A stretch of 64,000 bases of DNA from a virus, in the IMG/VR virus record IMGVR_UViG_3300045125_000158, positions 1 to 64,000 of that record. The stretch is one strand, 5' to 3'. The position numbers were made by a program, and so were the translations under genes. Below the pieces are notes generated by a model that was not told where the DNA came from, made no database searches, and saw nothing but the letters and a program-made list of their open reading frames with translations. Numbering within the stretch: position 1 is the first letter of the stretch; every line of letters begins with the position of its first letter. Positions 30,201 to 43,256 of the stretch are shown here, piece by piece.

Positions 30201-33200
30201 TGTACGTTTTGTCTTCATATAAATAAACGTTAAAATGATACAAATCACTCGCAGTTGGCTCAAACACGAATTGCATATCACAAGAAATCTTCATCGCACC
30301 AGAATCATATGGATCGTAAGGTTGTAGATTTTCATTGTATGTATATATAAATGCATTAACCTCATCATTTTTGCAATCATCGCTAATCATGTCATCTTCA
30401 TCTTTGCATACTGCTGCAAAGATTTGATGATTGCCTGTGCGATTGTCTTGCCATGCAATTAACCTGCGACCTTTGCTATCAATATTAATCGATGGATTAA
30501 TGCTGTTACTAAATGCATCAGTAATTTGAGTATCAAATTTAAATGGAGTATCAAGATATCTTGTAGTTGCATAATATACATTCCAATAATTATCTCTATT
30601 AGATTGATATGCAAGGTGCAATCTATCGAGTTTATCCAAAACAAAGTCAGCATTAATACTCTGTCTAGTATCTGATAAAGTTATTGGGATTTGTGATATA
30701 GAAGAATCTGTGTTTATAGTAAAATTACTATTAAATTCATAATTGTCAATACCTAAACTTTGCGCTGTAGTGTATGAACTTAACTCATCAACCAAATTAT
30801 TTGATTCAACAATCTTAACATTATCAAGCTGCGGACCATATTCAATATCCTTATATGAAGTAAACTGATTACTTACATTCATGAATTTTATCGTTGTAGA
30901 TACTGTAGTTGCAGTGAATTTGAAAAAACATGTCTTCCAATTCATCCCGGTAATACTAGTAGAATTTATGGTTGTACTATAAACTCTGCTTGTTGCATTG
31001 GCAAAAACACTTACTTTTTTGGTTACAGATGATCCTTGATTGAAACTTTCTGGATGGTTGGCGATGTCAAAGTAAACATAATAAGTTTTACCAATTTCGG
31101 TTGCAATATTTTGTTGTATATATCCATAGTTGAAAACTGATCCTGTAATATTTCCAGATAATTCAATCCAACTATAACCATTACTAGGCCTAAAGCCAAC
31201 AAGATCGTAAGGCACAACAACTCCATTTGTACCATACTTATTTGTGCTTTTACGTAAAATGCAACCATTCTTTACTGTCCAACTCGTCACTACTTGAGCC
31301 GCCATCTTGTAAGAGAGTGTCAGCAGCAAATGGCAAACTCGTTTCTTCAAAACTGCTATTTTGCAGAATATTATAAATAATGTCCGGGACTACAATTTGA
31401 TTTGTATTCCTGTCATAAGTAGAAAAAGTTATCAAATCTTCATTTGGCCGTATTGTAATCGGACTTATTGAAATATTTGCAAAAGTTTGCCTTATGATGC
31501 CTGGTTCATAGTTATTACCTTTATATGGAACCGACTCATTAATCTCATATCCTTGGCCATATGGCAAGCCTAACATTATATCAAATTGTCTATATTGATC
31601 AGAAAAATCAGCATAGAAATTTTGTGCCAAAACAATTTGATTGTCGTATGAAATTATAATATCTCCCTGATATCTAACATTATCAGCAGATAAATTGTTG
31701 TCTTTTTGCATCAGATCTGCAATATAATCAATGGCCATTTTATTGTAATGCACCGCAATTTTTATATTTCTTTTTCAGTAAAGTCAACATATCCGTCAAT
31801 CAATCTGTGAACAATATACTTTTTCTGTACGATCTTACCTGTTGAAGCATTTTCAGAAGTTGCCAGCAAAAGTGCTAATTTATAGCGACCAGTTGCAACT
31901 ATGTAATCAATCTCATTATTAAATCCATCACAGTCACCAATCACTGCTTGATTTCTTTCACAATACTGCGCAAAAGTTTCTGTATTTTTTGCTTTGAAAC
32001 GCATTTTTTCAGGCACTATACCTAGCATAAAATGCTTGAGATTAGCGGGGTTTGTTAAAGAAATTTGCTCATTAAATTTACCATAGATATTTGCGGTATT
32101 ATGAGACACTTTGGGTGCAGCTTGCCCGCCTGCATATGTTTGGATATTAGTTTCTCCGAGTTTATATGTGCCACATATTGGTATTATGTTATCAAAATAT
32201 GGGGTATAGCCATCAATTGTATAAACATTATTGTCTTTTTCGTATTTATAATCACCAACTGGTGTAAACGTTGCCTTCCATGCTTCATATTGCGCATTTA
32301 TAAAGAATTCATCATAGACGCCAGAGTTGGGTATGGGCATCTTCAGATCAAAACTCAACTGATAGCTCAATTGATTAAAATTTGCAGCAAATTCATTACC
32401 ATGTTCGTCTTTGTTGAATTTATAGTAAGCCATGGCGGTGTCGGCTGATGACTCGCCTTCAATACTAACATATTTCTTGTCATACACGGAAACCTTTCCG
32501 TTGCCATCTAAAATTCTTATCCATGTATCTTGTATGCCGTATGCAGGTTCTGAAATTGTAGCTAGTGGTAAATTCGCTTGTGAAATAATATTTTTCTCAA
32601 GCATACTTACAAAAGCTTTATTGTTACTTGACTTGCCAGATGAGCCTAAACACGTATAATATAAATTTGATGCACCGCTTCTATCTGACTCCCAAATTAT
32701 ATGCAAATCACCAGTTGAGTCACATCGTATCTTTGCGTTTTTATTTTCACCAAGCTCGGTTATTTGTGTCCAACCCGTATTAATTGCGCTTTGACCATAT
32801 ATAAATGAATAAAAGAATAGCTGATAAATACCATTAACAGGAGCTTGACAAATTACGTAAACATAATCAACTAAGGTTCCGTTTGCGTCGGCTTTTTTTA
32901 CAAGTTGTGACTACCGGATAAACGCAACTTACTTCACGATTGTATATGTCATATATTGCGGGTAGCGGATTACTTATTGGAGTTGCTATGGCATCTAACT
33001 TAGATAGAGTATCAACTACAACATATTTTTGACAATAGTAATTATCATATATTGTTGGTCCAACATCGTTGTTAAAACCATCAGGCATGCTTATGTAAAT
33101 AATATTATTTACAACATCTCTGTTTATAATTGTATGATATTGATACCCAGTTTGTGGCTGTAAAAAAACAACTGTATTTCCAGCGTCATTAACTGCATCA

Positions 33201-34592
33201 GCATCACATAATAATTCCAAAGTTTTGCCTGCTCTTAGATTCGCAGCAAAAACACCAGTACCAGTAACTTTGGTCTTTACAGTAAATCTTGTATTTGATT
33301 TTACTTCAAAGTAAGTTCCTTGATCAACTGCTTTTATTTTATTTTCGATAATTCTTGCGTCACTGTTTATGATAGATACAAAAGCCGTAACGACATCACG
33401 AACAGTGCCGGTAATTGCTTGATATTCAATATCAAAAACAACACTTTCTGCAAGTCTAAAAGTAAGAGTGTATTTCTGCCCGACAGCTACTGCCGTTGGA
33501 GTTAAAGCATGAAAATAATCATATGGCTTTATAATAGTACCATCTCTTACGACGTTGCCTTTGTATTTTAGCGATGTTGGCAAACTAGCAACAAAAACTC
33601 TACTTGCTGGATTTGGATTTGTTGCAGAATTTGATTTGCGCCGAAAAAACAGCTAAAGCAGTTCCATCAGTGAATCCAACAACCGATGTTGAATTATAAA
33701 TACGACATGGAGTTGTATTTGTTTTTGGATATACTTCTTTAGAGAAGAACAATAGCCAACTTTAGAATTATAAAAATCAGATGATGAATCACAAATTGAC
33801 ATATCACCAACTACTGCCGAGTTGACGCAGTAATCATCAACTGTTTCCAAAGTTAAACCGGACACTGGTGCTGAATCAATTATTGCGCAAGATGGAGCGT
33901 CTGGCTCATTTGTAGCCTGTAGAGCTTTGATGCCTTGCGGTACATAATGCAAAAAGGCACCCGATCCATGAGGTTTGCTATAATTATCGTTTGCCAAATA
34001 ATAATTTATAGGAAATTTTTGCAAGCTTGTAGATGATTCGGAAGTTCCAGTAATAATGTCTATCTGCGCGAAATGATATACTGCCTTCCCCATCAAAGTT
34101 TGACTTCACTAAAAATCTTTTATTGTTTACTTCAACTTGAAGCTGCGTGTTGGCTGATGTTTTTTACACGTATTGTAGCTTTGTCATTTTTCTGTACTAA
34201 ATGGAGGATATACGGCAATTTTACTACCGCCTTGATTAATGCTTTCTGATTCTATCTGAAAAGCGAAAGCTGCAATATCAACCAGCTTGAATTCATTTTC
34301 CACTTTTTCATATATGTTTGCATAAACCGAAATGACACTACGGCTACTATCCTGTTCAAAAAATTTCAAATCGATTTTACCACGAAGCTCTTTCGTTTTG
34401 CTGACATATATATATTTTCCAGATATGTTGCCTTGTGAAACCTCTAGAATTTCTATCTGCCGATTGCATGTTGCATTTTCAAAGATGATTTTATAATTTT
34501 TATCTTCTTGAAGACCATTAAGGACAAAGTTAATATTATTAACTTGTTTTTTTAAGCGCACTAAATGGCTGTAATTTTAATTTAGCTGACAC
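27260..34592 (-). CDS. ~2440-aa giant multidomain virion protein (BNR-like repeats, DUF642/choice-of-anchor-C-like carbohydrate-binding domain, repeat domains); frameshifted
   Basis: GTG at 34592 after GGAG (MSAKLKLQPF). Repeats HIIWESDRSGASNLYY, HLAYQSNRDNYWNVYY, IAWQDNRTGNHQIF. DUF642-like ILQNSSFE...WIELSG...IQQNIATEIGKTYYVYF...FTATTVSTTIKF...GPQLDNV. Confidence 0.65.
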
Positions 34593-35684
34593 GATAGACG
34601 CTCTCCATTACTTTGTTGAAACTTTGTGCCGCAACTTCATAATTAAAATTTGCATGTACATATTCATATGCTTTATCGGCTTTGAGTTTAGCCTGATCAT
34701 ATTGCATAAAAACCTGCCTCATAGCATCTTGCAAAGTTTTTTACAGTGACTCTAGGCCACTTTTTATTATTGAATTGCAGTATATTGTCCATGTTTGATT
34801 GCAAAACAAATCCTGATGGCTCTAAAAGTGTGCATTTGTCTTCAGCGGCATAATCTTGACACCCGGAAAAATTAGTTACTATTACCGGAGTTCCTACAGC
34901 CATAGACTGCAAACCAGGCAGCCCGAATCCTTCTCCTAAAGTTGGCATAACTAAACAATCAGCTGATTTATAAAAAGAAGGCAAATGTGCATCATCGAAT
35001 ATTCTACTTTCAAAATAAAATAGGGGGCATTCCTTCTTTAAATTCATACCTAGCCGCATCTTTTCTATATCTTTAGAGGCTTGTTGAGGTTTGTCCGTTT
35101 TTAGTAGAAGTTGCACACTCTCTTTTTGATCAAATTCCTGTAAAAATGCTTCTATAAGAATCGGCCAACCTTTTCTTTTTCTTCCATGTACCAACGAAAA
35201 GAAAAGTGAAACTTATCGTATGCATGCAATTTGGGAATATTTTTATTATAAACATTAACATCAATACAGTGAGGTACATAATACAAAGGTCTTTTTACTC
35301 CAGCATGAGCAAAAATTTTATAATTAAATTGGGAAGGACATATAACCGCATCCATATTGTTCAATATATCAACCCACGCTTTGGGTGGCTCAAAAGTTTC
35401 AAATGTTTGCAAAAGCAATTGCCTTTTCTTTACGAGGATAACGAGAAGTCATAGTAGGTATGCAATGATAAACTTGCACAGCCTTACCTGCACTTTGCTT
35501 CTTTGTTGAAGTCAAGATTGATTTAAGTTTTTTGATCAGACAAAAAATTACTTGTAGGATTGCCATTTAAACAATTTATTTTTATATTATATTTTTTTGT
35601 CAATCCTATCGCGCTGATTAGATCATAAGCGGCTTGCCCGTAGCCGGTTTCATTTAAAAAACAAATATAATCTAAATCAATCAT
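34582..35684 (-). CDS. GT-B fold glycosyltransferase, GT4-like (~365 aa); frameshifted
   Basis: ATGA overlap at 35681-35684. N-terminal TGYGQAAYD, TFETFEPP and RKGWPILIEAF. C-terminal YKSADCLVMPTLGEGFGLPGLQSMAVGTPVIVTNFSG. Confidence 0.9.
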
Positions 35685-38600
35685 GTACTAATCACTACAT
35701 CGCCTGACAACTTAGCTCTTACATCATTTACTTTAGCAAAAAGACCGTTGCTCAATTGCCATATAATATTACCATCAGCATCAATTTTTATAACACGACC
35801 AGCATTATTTATAAAAGATGTCTCAGCCACAATTACAAGATTATTTTCGTCTAAAACAGCATCAGATGGATAGGCATTATCAGAAGAATAATATTCAAAT
35901 GTTATACTATTGTCAGACTTATTTATGATTATAGTTTTACCGCCATAACTGGCTAATTTACGAATAGCTTGCTCTTCAAACGTTTCGTTTTCATTATTTC
36001 CTTCGGGCTTGGGTAAAGAGTCCTCTAAAGAATATAATCCAGACACAAGCAACTTATTATCATCAATAGTCATAGCAGAGCCTAAAGTAAAATCAGAAAA
36101 CTGCAAACCATTATAGCTATATATTACGCTTTCAGTCTCATAATCAATTTGCAATAAGGATGGACTTTCAGTTGGCGTTTCCGTGGTAAGAGAAACCGCC
36201 TTTATAGTAAGAATTACTGTTGTGGTTTCCTGTCCGCCTGTGTTGTCAGTAATTGTTATAAGTAATTGGTAAGCACCAATTTGCGTAGTATCAGGCTGAT
36301 TAATATAGATAGTAGTTTGTAATTTTGTTCCATCTGCACTTCTCTCAGAGCCACCACGAGTTACGGTAGAAGTCAAAGTTGATGGAACTTTTAAATCCCA
36401 TAGAGCAGTATAGTTTTCGATTGGCCTACCCGTAACAGGATCCAAAGGTATATCAATAAATGATATAAATGATGTAGCTTGACCAACTGTCACCGTTATC
36501 TTTTTTGTATCTGTTATTTCTGTTTCTATTTTTGTTATTTTAGCGTTACAAATTGTCCATTCTTGATCGCCAGATTTATTTGCATACACAGGATGTTGTA
36601 TATCATTAACATAAGAAAAATCTCCAACAAAAACATTAAGACCGCGATTTGTTAGCAATTTCTTAGCTGAATCGGAGAATTGAAAAGGCGTTTCAAAAAC
36701 ACCAGTAAGCAAATCAACATATACAATAGTATTCACGTCTTGCATTTGTTCGACTTTATCATTGCTTAGAGATATTTCTAATATTTTTGCATTTTTACCA
36801 GCTGCAACAATATTGTCAACGCTACTTAGGTTAATACTTGCACTATTAATCCATAATTTGATTTTAGTAATATCAAAATTTTGCAAATTTACTATTTGAC
36901 TAAAACAAATAGTAAGTATACCCCTGCGAGGATTAAAGACAAGCCGCACAATGGATAAAATGCAGAAAGATCATCAACATTATGCCCGCCTAATCCTCTT
37001 ACTAATTGTCCATCATAAGTAGTTTCTATAACACGATCATTTAAAGTATCACAAATCAAAAAATTTCTATTTATTAATCTATAAACAGAATAAGGAGTAT
37101 CAAACCCTGGTTTATATGTATTATTTACAATACTCAAAGCCTGAACTGGTGATAAAAGATTTTTAAATTTAAACCCCCTGAATCCAGTAAGAGCAATGCC
37201 TTGCGGATCGTTTTGATTGATACCATTTTGATAGATGTAATACAAGTCACCAACTGACACCGGATCTTCAAGAACTAGGTTATATACGCTACTGTTAATA
37301 ATATCTTTTTCTATCTTTTGATTTATATAATGACCTCTATTCCATGTATCCGAATTATTAATATTGAATCCAACCGTTTCAGAAGATACAAGATATTGCA
37401 ATTCCAAGCTCTTTAGAACCGGAGTCCGAGTTCTATCTGTTGAGGAAACTAATATTACATCTATCTCTGCATCAGTCCTGTTTGTGCAAAAACATCACCC
37501 GAATTCAAAGTTAATGAATAAGTAGCGCGATCAAGCAATTGTGTTGAATTGGCCGTTCTTATGCGAACTCTAACATCACATCCATCAGGTATATCTGCAT
37601 CGTACATAATTGTATTATATAACACAGGAACATTACTGCTATGTCTAAACCTAATAAAACCAGTTGCAGGATACAAACTCTGCGTTCTTATAAAAATATT
37701 ATCTATCCAAAAAATCTGTTTACTTGATGAGTCATCAGTATAAAAAACTATTGCTGTTATATTATTCTTAGCTACACTACTGATATCAAATATTCGTCTC
37801 TCAAAACCATTAAAAGACGGATCAAAATTATCTGTAATCTCATCAGCACCAAGAATAAGAAAATCATTGGATTTTTCTTCTGTAGTTCCATCAGTGTTTA
37901 TCAAATACATATAAACAGCACCATGCGATATAGACAGACTTTTAACATCAAGTATCAATTCGTCATAGTCAGTCCAATCATTATTTTCTGAACTTTCTTG
38001 CTATATAGTATTCTTATTTCACGATCAGTTGTGAATTTACCACTGTAAAATCCTTGCGTTTTACGCGACAAAGTATCATCTGCTACTATTTTAATATCAT
38101 CTGTAACTATTTCTGTGGTTGCTGAAAAAGTTGGAATTGCAGCACCGGCTTTCGCAACATTTTCAAAATCTTCTACTTGAGATGCAGTTGTGCCGCCTTT
38201 AGTTAAAGAAACAGTATTCCTTGCTATTGATACATTAATCCTGTCATACGCATTAGAAAATGCAGAATTAGTTTCATAGAAAATTGAATTAATAGACCCT
38301 TGCGCTTACTGGCTTACCAGATATGCAATGTGTTGCCAAATTTATATTTGCAGTCGATGATTGAAAATCTATTCCAGCATCTGGCGTAATACCGGGATAA
38401 CAAACTAGCAAATTTGGAAAGTCAACAAGATCAGTCAAATTTAAATCAGTTATGCTAGCCAAATAATGCTGTGTTGTAATCAACTTCATGGTATTAACAG
38501 CAGCAACCTCACCAAGCAGCTGTCTATTGCCAGATGATATTAACCTAGTAAAAGAATCAAGGGCGGCGTGCGTCAATAAACCAGTATTTTGCAAATCATT

Positions 38601-39232
38601 GTGATCAAGCTGCGGTATGCGTTCTGGAGACACTTTGCCGCTTACAATTTTTGCAGCATCAAAGTCAGCAATTCTCGCACCTGATAATTGATTTCTAGTC
38701 TCAGCTTGCAAGTCAATTTTACTTGGGAACCACGATGTTTATGAGTAGCTACTTCATCTTTTATGAATTGCAAAAACTTATTTCACGTTTACTTTCATAC
38801 GTAATGCTAGTTACTCCGCTTGAATTAAGTAGTAACTGTGCCAAGATAAACATATTGCTGAACTGGTGTTGTTGTAAAACCAAAAACAACACTTCTATCT
38901 ATATTAAGAAAATCATTATTACGGTTTACATAAAAATAAAGTGTTGAATTGGGTGGTAAATCGCTTATTATCTCTACACTATCAGTTTGTCCATATTGGC
39001 TTTGTACAAAACCATATCCAGGTGCAATGCCAACAGAAAATGGCGTACTATCACTATTGGCAGATATAGACCAACCGTCTATTACTCCATCGCCAAAAAT
39101 ATTATATAAACCATATATTTGTTTATCAATAAATACAAATCTGTCACGCTCTTTGGCGATATTCATTCCATCATCCAAATCATCGCCGTACGTGAAATAT
39201 GTTAAGCCATAGAAGGCGGTATTACCTGACAT
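35681..39232 (-). CDS. ~1180-aa tail fibre-like protein (N-terminus paralogous to 7533-12148; C-terminal NHL-like propeller blades); frameshifted
   Basis: GGAG then ATG at 39232. Motifs FGDGVIDGWSI, THKH, DAAKIVSGKVSPERIP, FLICDTLNDRVIE and GRVIKIDADGNIIWQ. Confidence 0.65.
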
Positions 39233-39244
39233 AGAAACTCCGGA

Positions 39245-39449
39245 TTATGGACCTACTGTTCCTCTAGAATTCAAACCTGGCAATTGCACACCTTTAGGAA
39301 ATGTTCCTTTTGTGCCCTTATAGAAAAAATCGGTTTTTCTATAACCAAATCTATAATCTCTTGAATTTAAATACTCATTTGACATTCTATCATTTTTTAC
39401 TTGATTCATCCATTTACTTCATTGCAGCAGAGGCATTATTTAAGCTCAT
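39245..39449 (-). CDS. Small basic hypothetical protein (~68 aa); frameshifted and absent from the ORF track
   Basis: AGGAG SD before ATG at 39449 (MSLNNASAA...). Fills the gap between hub and fibre genes and ends ...NSRGTVGP with TAA at 39245. Confidence 0.5.
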
Positions 39450-39459
39450 CTTATACTCC

Positions 39460-42400
39460 TTATTTATTGCTTACCAAGCCGTCAAGACCAACGCCAGTGG
39501 TTTTAGTTTTATTGAAAGTTACATTCTTGCTGCTAAACAACCAAATACCTTCAATATTTTGTTGCCATTTATTACTAGAAGCATCAACTTCATTTTTTAT
39601 ACTTGTGATGATTAATGGTTGTTTTTGATCTGTCGTTGATCCAAAATATTGAAATGTTATTGCGTCTAGAACTTTTAATTTATTACGACCAGTAGCTTTA
39701 AAGCTAATTTTTAATGGCGGTATATACATTTTGTATATTTTGATACAAAAGACTTTAAAGTATCTTCGCTTCCAAAGACACCATCTTGTTGTCTAAATAA
39801 TTTTTTATAACCTATAAAAACCTTCACTGTCAGGATTGTATAGAGATGCATAATTTAGATCGCCCGCCAACAATAATTCACCATTAGGGGTTGCTGTAAC
39901 TATTTTAATTTCATTTTTAACATCTTCAACAAGTCTTTCGGTCGTAAAACTTTCAATCGCCAACAGTTTTGCTTTTTCATACGCATTTCCTTGGCACCTT
40001 ACCTGCGTTCGAGAAACAGGGACACCAGCAGCTTCATCATCAGCTTTTTTGGGTATATTCTTCGACTTCACGATGCGATACAACATAACAGTTCTTCTTT
40101 GCTCGCTCGTATATATTATTTAAAGCCTCTTGTCTCAAGTTGATTAATTTTTTGTTGAACACCATTTTGCAAAACATGCAGATAATCATCAAAAATTTGA
40201 TTCTCATATTTGAAAACACCAAATCTATCAAAGTAACAAATTTTACTTGATATTAACGATATCTTTTCGATCGCGCTCCATAAACTTTCTCCATCACCAA
40301 ATTTAAACATAGGTGCCTGTAATATATCAAAACTACCAGGTAATACAAAGTTTCTTACTTTTATTTTTTCACCATTGAAAATATAATTTGTTGACACGTT
40401 GTTTTTGGTAATATCATAGTTGTCCACACACATTTTCATAAAAGAGCCGGGTTCAAATGTGCGCTTCCATTATCACTTCCATTTCGCAAACCAGCTAATT
40501 TTAGAATTTCATCTATTGCAAAAATATCCGTCATACGGTCATAGAAAGGGCTATTGAAAAATACCTGATCTTGCAATATTTTAGAATAATCATGCAAAGT
40601 GCAATTTAATACTTCTTTATTATTCTCAACCACATATTGACCACCATGACACAATCCTGTGAAAGCTATTCTATCCAATTTATTCTCTGGCGTTTCAGGA
40701 TCCCAGGCATTTTCCCACCATAAACTAACCTGTAAATAAAATGTTTTATCTACAAGTTGATTAAAGAAATTTGCATAAAAAATATCATTTGCATTTTTAG
40801 CAGTTTTTATAAGAAAAGAAATACTACCTGAATGCGAGAGTTTTGTCAAAATCTGTTTGCGACCATTCGTCATTAAAAGACATCACATAATCGCTCACGT
40901 CCACTGGCTGCTTGTTCCATGCACGACCTTTGGCATATGCATTTACTCTAACAAAACTTAAAACTGGAGTATCAGCGTTTTCTAGCCACCAATCAGCACC
41001 AAAATTATCAATATCAGGGAAGAAAATAGCACCAGCTTGCATCCTTGCTGCAATTTTTACTTGTTTATTATATTTTTGATCTATTAAAACTGTTTTTGAA
41101 TTTTTGGCTTTGGCTCTTCTGTGCTATCCGGATCGTCAACCAATACAATTTCTTTTACAAAACAATTAGATGGTAAAACAAGTAATCGCGTATAATATCG
41201 AGATGCTTTCAAATGATAGGCATCTTGATTCGGTGAAAAAAGCAAAGAATTAGCAAAATGATATTTATAGTCTGACGAAGGCTCGTTATCAGCCGAAGCA
41301 GCTGCCTCTTCCTTCCTTGGTCTCTTGTTTCTTCATCTAAATTAAATGCATTGTCAAAATTGCATGCGGTTTTATATTGTGGATTTTCGGAAAATGCTTT
41401 TTCAAAATATTCTGTAGCATAATTACTTTGGTAATAAGGTCTTATATAAGATTGGTATCCAAGACGAAATTCTGTACTTTTCTTCTCGTGCAACAAAAAC
41501 TCCGACTTCATCATAATCAGCCGGTCCTTGTATGTTTACGCGATCCATATCAAATATTGGAGCAGTTTCATAAACAATTGGCGTATAATTGAATGCAAAA
41601 TTTCTTATTTCCACCATATACAAAAATACTCGATAATATAAATTTAAATGGATATGTTGGTGTTTCGATATTTGTAAAGGCTGTTTCAGCATTAGCTACT
41701 GGTGGTTTAGTTCGCGTATTTGTAACAATCCAGTAACTACCTTCATTACCAAGAAAAGTTATAATTAATTTGCCAAGATGCACTCTGAAATTTATTTTAA
41801 GATGCTCACGAGACAATAAATCTGCTGACGTAACAAAATCACATGTTGAAATTGGAATAGCGCCCAGTATCCCAAATATAAGATGCTCTCGTGCTGTTAA
41901 CTATTCCACCCTCAATCGTAGTGCTGCACGATGTATTTTCACCTAGTTTAGTTGTATCAACTGTCTTTTTTCCACATAAGGGTAGATAACCTTCATCTCT
42001 AAATATAGTTGGTGGCAAATTTTCTGCAATAAGTAAAAATAATTTTGATTTTTGCACCAAAAAGCTCTGGAGTAGTATCAAGAGGCAACTGCACAAATAT
42101 ATATACCTGTCCAGCTAAATCAAAAATACGCTTGCGTTCCGCATCGGCATTTTTATATTGTTTTTCATCATAATTGCCTTGGCTATCATATCCAGCACAA
42201 TCGCTTGTTTTGTTGTTTTGATAGGATCAAGCCACGCAAATTCAGGCAGCATCCTGTATTGCTGTTTTGGATCTGCAAGTCTAAAAGCCTCTGGTGATTG
42301 CGGTAAGAACGAAAGAGCTAAATCCCATATTTGGAGCAAGCATCAGTCTTTTACATAATCCCAATGTAACCCAGGATTTATGCCGTCAACTTGCCATATA

Positions 42401-43256
42401 TAATTTGAATTATAAGCAAACCCTTGTTGATTATCCAAAGAAAGCGATTCCGCTATCTGAATTGGATCATTCAACGCATCAATTCCCAACAAAACCGGAG
42501 CAAGAATTCTGCTGTCATTCACAAGATTATTTAGGCTCTGATTTCCATCCTTTTTTGACCAGCATTTGCATATGCAGCATCAGATAAAATTGTTTTTGTA
42601 TTACCTAGTCTTACTACTGTATATCCCCATTGTGGCCTAAAAAATTTGGCTAAATCATCAAAATTATTTACAATTACTCTTTCATTGTAATCAATAAAAG
42701 ATGTCGTTTCGCTATCATATAAAGAACCATGCACAACAAAAGTCTGATGAGAGCCTATGGCGTTTCCCTCTACAACCTTGCCATTATTTATCGTAAGGTG
42801 ATTATTGCCTTGTTTTAATTTATAGCTATCTAAAAATCTATAGTTTACTAAGTTTAGTTGGAATGGTATGTCATAATTTCTTTGCGATAAATTGGTTTTT
42901 TTAAGAAAACTCGCCCAGCTTTTTCCATTTACCATAGTTTCTGTCAAATTTGCAAAAGATAGCTGATTGCCTACTCTAGCTGGCTTGAATTCAGCCAAGT
43001 ATGTATCCAGATAAAAATTTTCAATAGGCTTCAAAAAAGTACCATCGTTGCCAGGCAATCCAGCAAGATTTTGTTTGTTGTAATCAGCTACTGCATTTAA
43101 AGTTTCAGGCGATAACTGTAAAATAAATTCCTGTCTTACTCTTTCGTATATAGGACAAGTATTCCAAATTATACATTTACATTTTACCCTTCCAGGGCTA
43201 AATGGAGATAATGCAACTTCGTTACATGAATTTATTTTTTCATTATTATCAGCCAT
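39460..43256 (-). CDS. ~1265-aa baseplate hub / tail-tip (gp27/Tal-like) protein; frameshifted
   Basis: Lies downstream of the tape measure. C-terminal half has hub-like motifs VDVSDYVMSF, FTGLC..LHDYSKILQD, GESLWSAIEKISLISSKICYFDRFGVFKY, ISFKATGRNKLKVLDAI and IITSIKNEVD. Confidence 0.6.
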
